64,000 bases of DNA, taken from positions 64,001 through 128,000 of IMG/VR virus record IMGVR_UViG_3300050821_010764; one strand, written 5' to 3'. This DNA is from a virus. Positions 19,689-29,454 of the stretch are shown here, piece after piece; position 1 is the stretch's first letter, and each line of letters opens with the position of its first letter. The position numbers and the translations under genes were made by a program. The notes beneath the pieces are model-generated. The model saw nothing but the letters and a program-made list of their open reading frames with translations. It was not told the DNA's origin and searched no databases.

Positions 19689-20573
19689 ATGACTAATAAA
19701 AGTGTATCAGATTTTGTCGCTGCAACCATGGATGCAGTACTAAAGAGCGCAGAGCACAAGGCTTTGTTCGGCACCCAATACAAATATGCTTCGGATGAAA
19801 ACGATGCAAAGTGTTCAAAGTGTGGCAAGGATGCTTGCTCATGCGGTGACACCGGTATGGCAGATGACAATGAAGCAAAAAAGAAGATGCCACCTTGGCT
19901 AAAAGATAAGAGTGACTCTGCTAGTGCGGACGATCAAGATGCCAAGAAAAAGAAAGACTCTTCTGGTGATTCTTCCAGTGCTTGGGATGACAACGATGCT
20001 CGTAAGAAGAAGGATTCTTCCTCTTCCAGCAGCGATTCAGCCAGCGCTTGGGATGACAATGACGCCCGTAAAAAGAAGGACTCCTCTGGTGATTCTTCTA
20101 GTGCAGATGATAACGATGCTCGCAAAAAGAAGGAAGAATCTTCTAGCTCCAGCGATTCTTCTAGCGCAGATGATTTGGAAACTTCCGCAGCATTTGATGT
20201 TGCTATCGACAGCCTATTGACTGCTTCCGCAGCTCTTGACTCTGTCGGTATGGAAAAGTCTTCTGCATTCAGTTTGAAGCTTGCTTCTTTGGTTGTTGAA
20301 GCCAAGAAGAAGGACAAGGATTCTAAGAAGAGCAAGAGCGATTCTAACGATGCTAAGGATAAAGCCAAGGCAAAGAAAGAAAAAGAGCTAGCCGCCGAAA
20401 AGAAGAAGAAAGAAAAAGAGAAGGCTGATGCTCAATCCGCTAAGGATAAGGCTGCCAAGGAAAAAGAGAAGGAAAAGGCTAAAGCAAAAGCAGATAAAGA
20501 CAAGGCTGATGCTCAAGCTGCTAAAGATAAAGCTTCCAAAGAGAAGGCAAAATCATCTTCTTCTAAGAAGTAA
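19689..20573 (+). CDS. Lys/Asp/Ser-rich protein with tandem repeats and a basic C-terminus
   Basis: DDNDARKKKDSSxxSSSA repeats; K/A/E-rich tail; GAGG RBS. Confidence 0.8.
   Translation: MTNKSVSDFVAATMDAVLKSAEHKALFGTQYKYASDENDAKCSKCGKDACSCGDTGMADDNEAKKKMPPWLKDKSDSASADDQDAKKKKDSSGDSSSAWDDNDARKKKDSSSSSSDSASAWDDNDARKKKDSSGDSSSADDNDARKKKEESSSSSDSSSADDLETSAAFDVAIDSLLTASAALDSVGMEKSSAFSLKLASLVVEAKKKDKDSKKSKSDSNDAKDKAKAKKEKELAAEKKKKEKEKADAQSAKDKAAKEKEKEKAKAKADKDKADAQAAKDKASKEKAKSSSSKK
19861..20175 (+). repeat. About five imperfect tandem ~19-21 aa repeats (DDNDARKKKDSS...SA)
   Basis: Visible at both protein and DNA level (e.g. gcttgggatgacaa repeated). Confidence 0.9.
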
Positions 20574-20596
20574 TTAACTTCCAATAAGAGGATATC

Positions 20597-20824
20597 ATGT
20601 TTAAAACAGCCAGTTTCGAAGAAGAGATCTATCGTTCAATGGAAAAGAAATTGGTGTCAAACCAATTAGAAGAGAAGCATGGATTTACTAGGCTAGCTCA
20701 AGCTGCCGACTATCTTAATGCTGCCGCTGAAATTTTTGATCAAGCTGGTATGACCGAACAATCTGAAGAAGTAACAGAGGTCTTGCAGGGATTGGCTCAA
20801 CAGCTATCCGGCAAGACTTCTTAA
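20597..20824 (+). CDS. Small helical protein, paralogue of the next gene
   Basis: AADYLNAAAEIFDQAGM. Confidence 0.8.
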   Translation: MFKTASFEEEIYRSMEKKLVSNQLEEKHGFTRLAQAADYLNAAAEIFDQAGMTEQSEEVTEVLQGLAQQLSGKTS

Positions 20825-20835
20825 TTTGAGGAACC

Positions 20836-21261
20836 ATGATCAAGAAAAGCGTTTTCGAAGATGATTTAATTGCCGGGATGCAGAGAGAACTGCAAGCTCA
20901 TGATAAAAAACAAGGTATGCAAAACCTTGATAAGGCAGTGGACTATCTTCAAGCTGCGGCAGAAATTTTCGAAGAGACTGGCATGACAGCTAAAGCCGAC
21001 CAAGTATTGAAAATTCTACTTAAAATTGGTCAAGAAAAAACCCCTCCTCATCCAAAGAATCCTGCTAATGTCAGTGATAGACATACTAAAGGATTAACCT
21101 CTGAAAAGATGGTAGCTAATCTAAAAGACCATGGTTCTATGTTTAATATGGTAGATGATGGTGCAGCTGATGACCTACTTAATATTGATATAGATGACAA
21201 AGGGTTAGAGGTTGCCGAGGGCGAAAACTCCTACGAGAAAACCTTTGAGGATAGTGACTAA
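20836..21261 (+). CDS. Small helical protein, paralogue of the previous gene
   Basis: AVDYLQAAAEIFEETGM. Confidence 0.8.
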   Translation: MIKKSVFEDDLIAGMQRELQAHDKKQGMQNLDKAVDYLQAAAEIFEETGMTAKADQVLKILLKIGQEKTPPHPKNPANVSDRHTKGLTSEKMVANLKDHGSMFNMVDDGAADDLLNIDIDDKGLEVAEGENSYEKTFEDSD

Positions 21262-21301
21262 TTGTTATATACTGAGTAGGTATAGTTAGAAAAAGGCATC
21301 C

Positions 21302-21991
21302 ATGCTCAGACTAGTACAAGTAGGTAATACACTTCCAGCCAGTTTTATCGTTGATCCATCCGCTGAATTTCAGCCTGGACAGATTGCTGAATTAACCGTT
21401 ATCGGCAACCAAGTGATGGCAACCGTTAGTAACGGTACTGCCCCTATTGGTGTCATTGACGATATCAAAACCAAAGCATTTACTAACGTCTCTTGGAACG
21501 AAGTTGTTATCGTCCCAGCCGTAGGTGTTCCGGGTCCGGGCGGCACATTAGTTACTCCGGTTGATATCAAATCAGAATTAAAGAAACCTAATATCATTCC
21601 ATCCAGTTTCAACTCTACCGTTAACGTAGTGTTGAATCCAAATAATGGTGTTATTACTTTCGTAGCTGGTACCTCTTTGAATTTCGATTTAATGGGTACT
21701 GGACAACCAAATGCCATTAGAACTATTGTTAATTATACTTATCAAGTAGCTAATATTCCTGGTGATGATAGTACTCAAGGCTCTGGTAGAATGACCGTTT
21801 GGTTTAACAGAATGTTTTTCCAGACTGATCAATATGAGACTAATCAACAGTATCCTGTCAGAGCTAATTTGTATGTTAGTGAGGTAGGATTTTTGACGAC
21901 TAGAAGACCTAGCGCTATTCATCCGGCAGTGGCAATGGTAACGGCACCACCTACTCCTATGAATCCGATGATCGAAGTTCTTTGGTTTTAA
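21302..21991 (+). CDS. Putative capsid decoration/cement-like protein
   Basis: Beta-rich; STQGSGRMTVW resembles HTATGSGKVTCW in the gene before the MCP. Confidence 0.55.
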   Translation: MLRLVQVGNTLPASFIVDPSAEFQPGQIAELTVIGNQVMATVSNGTAPIGVIDDIKTKAFTNVSWNEVVIVPAVGVPGPGGTLVTPVDIKSELKKPNIIPSSFNSTVNVVLNPNNGVITFVAGTSLNFDLMGTGQPNAIRTIVNYTYQVANIPGDDSTQGSGRMTVWFNRMFFQTDQYETNQQYPVRANLYVSEVGFLTTRRPSAIHPAVAMVTAPPTPMNPMIEVLWF

Positions 21992-22081
21992 ACCCTCAAT
22001 ATTACTGCATATCCTTTTATTTAGAGAGAAGCTTTCTATATTCCAGCATATTATAGACGAATCTATCGATAGAGGATAAAA

Positions 22082-23344
22082 ATGACTTTTAAACACGTGA
22101 AATTTGAGGATTCTGCGGTAATGCGCTCCCTGGAAAAGGTAGCCTCCCAAAAAGGTTTGGTTAAGTCCGATCCTCTCAAGAAAACCGCATCCAAACAAAC
22201 TGATTTGTTTCCTACTACCAATTTGACGGAGAACATCCTCAAGTTGTGCGAAGGTTTGAGACATCAAGGTTTCAACAAGTATGCCGATGAACTAGAAGAT
22301 AAATTCGTCGTTTACAAGCAAGCTGCGGCTGCTACTCTTTATGAAACCTCGCCTGAAGAAGGAAAAGATTTAGTAGATGCCGCTCATCCAAAGGGTAGCC
22401 ATCATCTTGAGGGTCTTGATAGCGATGAAGCTGTCATTGAGACCATTTTGGACCAACACCTAAAGGATACTAAGGTAGTAGAGAAAAAACCAACTGGCAA
22501 ATTGTCATCTTCTCGTGATATTTTAAGAGCTGTCAAATTTGTTTTAGCTCAAGAAGTAACGGAAGAGCAACTAATCCCAGTACGTGCTGAGAGAGCCATC
22601 GAGCAATTAAAATCTGTTCTTGGCATACTTGGTCAGTCTCGTACTACTATTTTGAACAAGATGAATACTACCACCCTGGCTAAATCTTTTGATACCAACT
22701 ACAATGAGATTGCTAATGTAGTTAACGCTCTCACTCCAGAGACCATTAGCATTAAAAGTATTGACAGTGTTATTGGAGATTTAGGTGACATCCAAAACTC
22801 TATTGATTTCTTCAACTGGAAAGATTTAGGAGTTCTGATTCCAGGAATTGGATTTGCTTCATTGCTACAACATGTCGGTGATTTTACTGACATGGCTACG
22901 GGAGATTGGGATCAAGCCCTAAGAGATAAAATGACCGGCTTCGTAAATAAAGCTAAGGCTGCGGCGAAAAAAGCCCGTGCTTTTATGCGTGGTGAAGCTG
23001 ATGCCGAAGTAAAAGAAATGGCAGCCAAGAAAAATGCACCACTTACCATTCCAACTGTTGAAATAAAGGCAGGACCATTAAGTTCGTATTTTGGTCAAAT
23101 TGCAAAATTAAAGACTCAGCTCAATACTTGGAAAGCGTTCCGTTCAATTTCCCAGAATCCAGAAGCAATGAAATGGATTGCAGAAGAGATTGCTGCTCTT
23201 GATGATATTGATAAAAGATATGACGCTCTACCAGAAGATCAAGAAGCCGGCGCTGCTAGTGAAATGGGCAAAGAAGTAAACGAAGAGGCTCAAAATATTA
23301 ATCAGTTCCAAGCAGACTGGGTTAGTGCTAAACCTAGTGCCTAA
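22082..23344 (+). CDS. Putative internal head/ejection protein
   Basis: N-terminal domain (AAHP motif) shared with 27268; Gly/hydrophobic segment GVLIPGIGFASLL. Confidence 0.6.
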   Translation: MTFKHVKFEDSAVMRSLEKVASQKGLVKSDPLKKTASKQTDLFPTTNLTENILKLCEGLRHQGFNKYADELEDKFVVYKQAAAATLYETSPEEGKDLVDAAHPKGSHHLEGLDSDEAVIETILDQHLKDTKVVEKKPTGKLSSSRDILRAVKFVLAQEVTEEQLIPVRAERAIEQLKSVLGILGQSRTTILNKMNTTTLAKSFDTNYNEIANVVNALTPETISIKSIDSVIGDLGDIQNSIDFFNWKDLGVLIPGIGFASLLQHVGDFTDMATGDWDQALRDKMTGFVNKAKAAAKKARAFMRGEADAEVKEMAAKKNAPLTIPTVEIKAGPLSSYFGQIAKLKTQLNTWKAFRSISQNPEAMKWIAEEIAALDDIDKRYDALPEDQEAGAASEMGKEVNEEAQNINQFQADWVSAKPSA

Positions 23345-23354
23345 GGGTAAAGAT

Positions 23355-24620
23355 ATGTCAAAATCATCCGCCAAAGAAATATTGGACTATATTGAAAAGT
23401 ATGGTCGAGGCAGACCACCTCCGAAGCCGGGGGCAGGTTATGTGGCGTCCCCTACACCAGCACCATCTACTAAAGCTCCAGCGGGTGCAACGCATGCTCC
23501 TCCAAAACCTGGACAACATGTGCCATCTGGTGGCGGATCTGCAAGTAGTCCTGCGATCAAAGACATGCAAGAAAAGCTAGTTGGTTTATCTAAGTTAGTT
23601 TTATCTCAGCTTAATATTGAAAACATCGCTAAACAAGATGATTTGCGTCAAGCTGGCGAAGCCGCTCATCGAGATTCGTTCGGAGATTTCGTCGTTAAAA
23701 ACTATCTAAGACCTGCGGGTGGCGGAGCCCAAGAGTTTGATCCAAGTGAAAGGGTAACTGATGTTGCCAAAAAGCAACCTTCTACACCAACCAGAATGTA
23801 TTCTATCATGAATACCATGTCAAGAATTGGCGGACCAAAAGCTGAATTTAAACCAGATGGTGTCTGGGGACCAAGAACTAATCAAGCTCTTCATAATACA
23901 AAAGCCTTTGCAGAAGCCATGCTAAAATTATCCAAAGACTTTGAGACGCCAGTTAAGTCATATACTTTATCTGACCTAAAAAACTTCGCACTTCCAGATA
24001 AAGAAACTGACCTATCGCCACAAGATCGTGCTAAGTCAGCTTCAGTATTGGCTCAGCACATTCGAGCTATTACTAACATGTTTCATGAAATCAAAGAAAA
24101 CATTTTAGAGAATCCTCAGCATCAAGCCTCTATTGAGGGTGATACTCCATATGCTGTTATTGGAAAAGGCAAGGAAAAGCCAGGCGCCAAACCAGAACAA
24201 GCTCCTCAACCACTTACACCACAAGCTATTGCCTCCTTACAAACTAGATTTAAAGATGGTTTTCCAATCTTGTTTACTGATCCACAAACAAACAAAGGTA
24301 AAACCGTACTAGTTTTTGTGCAAGATTTAGTTAGCCCAGATGCATTTCAAGGATGGATGTATAAGCAACAAACAAATCAAGATCCGGCTAAAATTATAGA
24401 ACAAGTTAAAGATAGATTGGCTGGACGTCCAATTAAGCCACTACCAAGAAGATATGAAGACACTCTTTCTCCAACTGATAGAGAGCAATTTTTCAAGAGA
24501 AATCCAGACCTAAAAAAACAATACAATAAAGAAGTGGCAGAAGAAGCAGCAGATCAAGCAAAACAAGAACAAGGAATGGCACAACAAAGGACAGAAATGT
24601 CTGGGAAAGCTGGAGCATAA
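23355..24620 (+). CDS. Putative virion protein with a peptidoglycan-binding-like motif
   Basis: PDGVWGPRTNQAL resembles the PG_binding_1 DGxxGxxTxxAL motif; likely start at 23355. Confidence 0.55.
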   Translation: MSKSSAKEILDYIEKYGRGRPPPKPGAGYVASPTPAPSTKAPAGATHAPPKPGQHVPSGGGSASSPAIKDMQEKLVGLSKLVLSQLNIENIAKQDDLRQAGEAAHRDSFGDFVVKNYLRPAGGGAQEFDPSERVTDVAKKQPSTPTRMYSIMNTMSRIGGPKAEFKPDGVWGPRTNQALHNTKAFAEAMLKLSKDFETPVKSYTLSDLKNFALPDKETDLSPQDRAKSASVLAQHIRAITNMFHEIKENILENPQHQASIEGDTPYAVIGKGKEKPGAKPEQAPQPLTPQAIASLQTRFKDGFPILFTDPQTNKGKTVLVFVQDLVSPDAFQGWMYKQQTNQDPAKIIEQVKDRLAGRPIKPLPRRYEDTLSPTDREQFFKRNPDLKKQYNKEVAEEAADQAKQEQGMAQQRTEMSGKAGA

Positions 24621-24622
24621 CG

Positions 24623-26146
24623 ATGTCTTTTATTTATGATGACTCAAATCTTATTAGCGATCTGATCAAAAGTGGTTTGGATTTTGAATCCAAATTCACT
24701 AAGGAGGGTCAAGCTACGGCTGCTGCTAATTCAGATTTTCAGAACATCACTACTGTATTGGACAACCTTCAAAAAGCAATGCCTTCGCCAGCCGGTGCTA
24801 CTCCAGCAGCAGCTCCCGGAGATGAGGCAGATCCTAATGCTCTTCCAGAAATTTCACATGTTGGTGCTGGCAAACCTGGATCACAGGATCCTAAACTTAC
24901 CAGTGCCAATTTAGAGGGCTTAGGTGCATTAGCAAGTTGGGCAGCGGGCAATGCTATTACTGTAGATGGAAAGCGTATAGCCTTTTCTTCAAACGAAGTG
25001 CAGGACGCCCCAGGAGAAGATTATCAACTATATAGGCTTGAGCCGAATGCTGGTTTATTAGAGGTCGGTGATAGGTCTGTCGTTAAGCAGGGGTTCTACA
25101 TCAATAAAGATTTATTGGTAAAATTCATTACGTGGAGACTGGCTGTTCTATCTCAAAAACCAAACATGGTAGAAAAAGTACAGTTAGGTAAATTGATTGC
25201 CGATGCTAATAGACTCCTGGGTACTAAAATTAGTCCAGAGTATAAAGCTCCAGAAGCAACCCTGTCACCAAATACACTTATTGATGAACTACCTGGTGTT
25301 ATCGATGGGAATAACCCAATGAATAATGGTGCTAAGCAACTATTTTTCAAGGACATCCAGTCTGACACCGCACTTAATGCATGGCTCAAGAATGCGCCAA
25401 TGACATTTATGAAAACCAAAGACAAAGACGTTCCCGCATATCCGCCCAGCAATGAGTTTGATATGTGTGTTATCGTTAAAGTTCTATGGACCAGAGCTAA
25501 TGTCTGGTCTACTCGTGCACCAAGTGATGCAGAGAAAAAGAAGTTTGTTGTTTATAAGCGTCAAATGGAAAAGCTAGCTCCAACTATTACCGGTGCCAAT
25601 GGCAAAGCTTGTCAATTAGCTGGGGCGACTCCGCAACCAGGTGCTCAGCCAAATCAAGTTAATGCTCCCGCTATTGCGCAAGCCATCAGCACTCTGCCAT
25701 TTAACATTAGAGATATCAATTTCAACAGAATTAAGAAATTCTTTGAAGTCGTTAAACCTCTCATGGAAAATGTACCAAACAACGAAGCCGCCATGGCACA
25801 CATGACTAATGTGGAAGAAACATTGATACCACAAGCTTTCAATTTGCTAGCTGTTAAAGATGGTATCATCCCATTGGGCGAAAGAGTTCATCAATTTGCA
25901 GGCAGACTAAGCAATCAACAAGAGCCGGGCAAACAAGTATTTCCATTGATCTCAGCTTTAGATAGAATTCTAGATGAGACTCGTGCAGTAGTGGAGGCTT
26001 TCTGGTCCGCTTATGGCGACAAGGTCAATTCTGGTCAACAGGCTCAGATTCTGGGTCAAATCGGCAGAAACCCAAATGACAGCTCTATCTATAGTAGAAA
26101 TGCGGACGCCCTTGAAACCTTAAGAACCTCTGGAACTGTAACCTAA
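24623..26146 (+). CDS. Hypothetical internal virion protein
   Basis: 507 aa, operonic. Confidence 0.65.
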   Translation: MSFIYDDSNLISDLIKSGLDFESKFTKEGQATAAANSDFQNITTVLDNLQKAMPSPAGATPAAAPGDEADPNALPEISHVGAGKPGSQDPKLTSANLEGLGALASWAAGNAITVDGKRIAFSSNEVQDAPGEDYQLYRLEPNAGLLEVGDRSVVKQGFYINKDLLVKFITWRLAVLSQKPNMVEKVQLGKLIADANRLLGTKISPEYKAPEATLSPNTLIDELPGVIDGNNPMNNGAKQLFFKDIQSDTALNAWLKNAPMTFMKTKDKDVPAYPPSNEFDMCVIVKVLWTRANVWSTRAPSDAEKKKFVVYKRQMEKLAPTITGANGKACQLAGATPQPGAQPNQVNAPAIAQAISTLPFNIRDINFNRIKKFFEVVKPLMENVPNNEAAMAHMTNVEETLIPQAFNLLAVKDGIIPLGERVHQFAGRLSNQQEPGKQVFPLISALDRILDETRAVVEAFWSAYGDKVNSGQQAQILGQIGRNPNDSSIYSRNADALETLRTSGTVT

Positions 26147-27217
26147 ATGACCCTAACCAATAGTGAAATCAAACTATATAATGATATCCTGATAGCAGAA
26201 ATTATCCTATCAGATACCAATGGTTTGTCTAAAACGGCACAAGAGGGTGTCGCTTCACAATTGATTAGTAAAGTTCATAGTTACGTTAGTAACAACATTA
26301 ATCCAGAAGATAAAACTGGCAGTTTACTTAACATGCTGGCTCCAGGTGCCATTACCGTTCTTTTTAGAGCATTAGGTTTGGGTTGGTTAGGATTTTTGTT
26401 TGGTATCGCTATGAGGGTATTTCATATTGACGTTGCCAGTATTATTGAATCTATTTGGAATTCTTTGAAAAGTGAATTGAGTGGCGGGAAGCAAATGACT
26501 TCTGCTCAAGTAGATAATATCGTCAATAGTGCAGTAGAAACTCATACTAAACCAGCTACCCAAGAAGAGGCTGAAAAAGCCTCTCAAACTTATCAACTAC
26601 AATCGGTTAATTTTCGAGATGCTAAGATGTTGAAACTAGCATTAGCAGATTATGCTTTGTTAGAGTGCGGCATTATTAAACAGTCTGGAATTTTAGACAT
26701 TTTCAGTTCTCAAAAAACAAAGACAGCCTCTATTTTGTCTAGGGTGCTCAGTCTATTTTTCAAGGTGGCTTTAGCCTCTGCTGCTGCCATGGTAGCCGGA
26801 GATGTCATCAACAAATTTTTAGGAAGACCTAATGCGCTGGATGACACCATGCAACATGGTAAGCCGGTGGGTGAACAAGCTACCGCTCCTGCGGTTATTT
26901 CTAAGCAGACCAAGTTTAAGGTTAGTCCATCTTATCATGATACTCCTAAGGGAGGTAATTGGATAGAAAATGTTTCTAATACTAAAGAAGGTATTCAGGA
27001 TATGTTAACTAGATTTACCAAAGAAGTATATCCAGATACCGGTAGTATGGATGGTGTTATTAGAAGTACGGCTGGATTTCAAGCCATTGTAGATAATATT
27101 CTATGGCACAATCATACTTCTGCTGGCGGACCTATTGTTTTTATTCCGCCCATGTTTAGTTCTAAAAAAATGTTGGTTGACCACTTCATCGACGACGTGG
27201 CGGAAAAAGCTCCCTAA
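26147..27217 (+). CDS. Hypothetical protein with hydrophobic, possibly membrane-inserting segments
   Basis: ITVLFRALGLGWLGFLFGIAM and LFFKVALASAAAMVAG. Confidence 0.7.
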   Translation: MTLTNSEIKLYNDILIAEIILSDTNGLSKTAQEGVASQLISKVHSYVSNNINPEDKTGSLLNMLAPGAITVLFRALGLGWLGFLFGIAMRVFHIDVASIIESIWNSLKSELSGGKQMTSAQVDNIVNSAVETHTKPATQEEAEKASQTYQLQSVNFRDAKMLKLALADYALLECGIIKQSGILDIFSSQKTKTASILSRVLSLFFKVALASAAAMVAGDVINKFLGRPNALDDTMQHGKPVGEQATAPAVISKQTKFKVSPSYHDTPKGGNWIENVSNTKEGIQDMLTRFTKEVYPDTGSMDGVIRSTAGFQAIVDNILWHNHTSAGGPIVFIPPMFSSKKMLVDHFIDDVAEKAP

Positions 27218-27267
27218 TCAGGTGATATGAGAGCATATAATTACACTTTCCATATGGTGAGAATATA

Positions 27268-28515
27268 ATGAGCAGAAGCGAAATTTTTGATGCATTTGTC
27301 AAAATAGCCCAAGAAAAGGGCATGATCTCCAATGATTCCAGCGACTCCAAAAAGAAGCTAGAACAGACAGGTCGTGCAGACTCTTTGGATATTTCTGCCA
27401 TTGAGGCTTTATATGGTGTGAAACCTAATACACCTAAGGGTTCTGATTATAAAGACAATATTATGGAAGCTGCCCATCCAAACTCGGTAGTGGTAGCACC
27501 ATCTTACGACAAGCTTAACGGTCTAGTCGAGAACAATATCGAAAGACAGAACATCATTCTTCACATTGTTCAAAAGACTCCAGACGGATTGCAGACTCAA
27601 CGTAAATATGCGGAACAAGAATTGCTTCTGTCTTTGGTACGTATCGGTAATGATCTAGATAATCGTGATGAAGATCAATTGCGTGTATTGGCAGATTCTT
27701 GCCTATTACAACTAAAAAAAAACTCTGAAGGCTTCAAGAAAGAAGCTATCGGTCCATTAGCTATTGCCTTAATTGCAGCCGCTGTTATTGGTGCAATTTA
27801 TGCGCATCAACATTTAGCAGATGCTAATCATGGAATGATGCAAGCAACGCAAAATTTACAATCAACTCTTAGTAAGTTTGCAAGTAGCAGTGTAGATTGG
27901 GGTGTAGGTCATGAATATGATCAAGATCTTAAATCAGATGTTCAAGGATTAAAAGACAGAATCGATTTGTTTTCTCAAACATATCAATCATTGGAAGCTA
28001 TTATCAGAGAACTAGAAAGACCAAAGGATGCAACTGAGTTAAAGCAGATTGCTGCTCAACCAGAATCACAACAAGTGGTAGCTGCATACAATAAATTGTA
28101 TGAGCTAATCACGAATATGTCTGCCTATATGGATAAGATTGAGACTGATTTTAAGTCAGAGTTCTATAAGACTCGTCACACTAAAGATACGGGAGTTCTA
28201 ACCAAAGGTTTAGAATGGGCTCATTTAGAGGGCGGAACTACTTCTTTGTTTGCCGATCCTTTCCAAGACGTAATGAATGCCATTCCTCCATTCAAAGAAA
28301 ACGTTAAATCGCTTCTTGATATGTTGAAGGAAGCTAAATCCAGAGAAGCTAAGGCGCGTGCCGAATTACTAGCCGCTCAATCTAAGGCTAAAGAAGAATA
28401 TGGCAGTGGCGCTACTACCAGTTGGGATGATAAATCCCATGAAAAAGAGCCAGAATCTCATGTTCGTAAGCTAGAAGAGGACTTAAAGGGTCTTATTCCG
28501 GCTGGGATGAGATAA
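27268..28515 (+). CDS. Putative internal head/ejection protein with one hydrophobic helix
   Basis: FKKEA followed by IGPLAIALIAAAVIGAIYA; N-terminal domain shared with 22082. Confidence 0.65.
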   Translation: MSRSEIFDAFVKIAQEKGMISNDSSDSKKKLEQTGRADSLDISAIEALYGVKPNTPKGSDYKDNIMEAAHPNSVVVAPSYDKLNGLVENNIERQNIILHIVQKTPDGLQTQRKYAEQELLLSLVRIGNDLDNRDEDQLRVLADSCLLQLKKNSEGFKKEAIGPLAIALIAAAVIGAIYAHQHLADANHGMMQATQNLQSTLSKFASSSVDWGVGHEYDQDLKSDVQGLKDRIDLFSQTYQSLEAIIRELERPKDATELKQIAAQPESQQVVAAYNKLYELITNMSAYMDKIETDFKSEFYKTRHTKDTGVLTKGLEWAHLEGGTTSLFADPFQDVMNAIPPFKENVKSLLDMLKEAKSREAKARAELLAAQSKAKEEYGSGATTSWDDKSHEKEPESHVRKLEEDLKGLIPAGMR

Positions 28516-28624
28516 TTTTTATCAAAATCTGGTAATAACAGAATATGCTTTGTAGATTTAGTAAGAAAAAGTGTAAGTAACTTATCGCAGACAAGGTCTC
28601 GATATTATAATTTAGGAAACTAAA

Positions 28625-29341
28625 ATGTCTTTAAAACTATTGCAACCAGGCGTCCAACCACTAGGTCAATTTGACGGTTATGACTCCGATTTCTTGACTC
28701 TTAAGGGCGGTGAGATTGTTACACTCATTTCCGTTCCAGTGCCAGGCACTGATCACGCAGCTGCTGACTCTTTTGACGGATACGTCAACCCAGGTAGCGT
28801 GCAAAAACGTCCAGTTGTGACTCGTAACGTCGCAACCACCAAGCGTCCTTTGATGCTTTCTGATGATGGTATTACTGGCTACGGTACTCTATTCGGAGCC
28901 GTTGTTGGTGGAACTGTTGGTCAGCAAGTAAATGGACCAACCACCTTTACTGGTGCGCTTCTAGGACCTCACACTGCAACTGGTTCTGGCAAGGTAACTT
29001 GCTGGGAAAAGCCAGGTCTATATGCCGTCTCTCTTGATGCATGTGACACTGATGCAGTAACTGGTTTGCAACCAACCAACACCACTCTTGATGTTGGCGC
29101 TGCTTTGACCTTCGTTCCTGCTCTAGCCCTTGGTGGTCAATTGACTCCAGTGGGTAGCACCGCAGCCGCAGGTAACACTGTTGTTGTTGCTCGTCTAGTC
29201 GACTTCGAAACCAACGGATCTTTGGTAACCACTCCAAACAGACTAGTTGCCGCTCTAAACAGCCCATCTGGTTTGGTCAGCTCTGTCGGTCCTCGTCAGT
29301 TCGCCTTCGCAACCTTCTACTTCAACCCACCAGTTGCCTAA
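28625..29341 (+). CDS. Putative capsid decoration/stabilising protein
   Basis: Directly upstream of the MCP; beta-rich; TxGSGKVTxW. Confidence 0.65.
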   Translation: MSLKLLQPGVQPLGQFDGYDSDFLTLKGGEIVTLISVPVPGTDHAAADSFDGYVNPGSVQKRPVVTRNVATTKRPLMLSDDGITGYGTLFGAVVGGTVGQQVNGPTTFTGALLGPHTATGSGKVTCWEKPGLYAVSLDACDTDAVTGLQPTNTTLDVGAALTFVPALALGGQLTPVGSTAAAGNTVVVARLVDFETNGSLVTTPNRLVAALNSPSGLVSSVGPRQFAFATFYFNPPVA

Positions 29342-29454
29342 GTTAGTTGCTTAAATAATTCAAGCGTTTCGTGGATTAACTTTCACAAAACGCTCTATCA
29401 CACGCAAGTGTGTCGCTGGTAAGACTGGCAAATAATTCCACTAGGAGACGATTT

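Noticed and set aside
19861-20175. Possible CRISPR-like or non-coding repeat array
   Set aside because: Repeats are in-frame, degenerate at synonymous positions and lack unique spacers; they are protein repeats.
21689-22267. 192-aa minus-strand ORF
   Set aside because: Overlaps two well-supported + strand genes and has no recognisable motifs.
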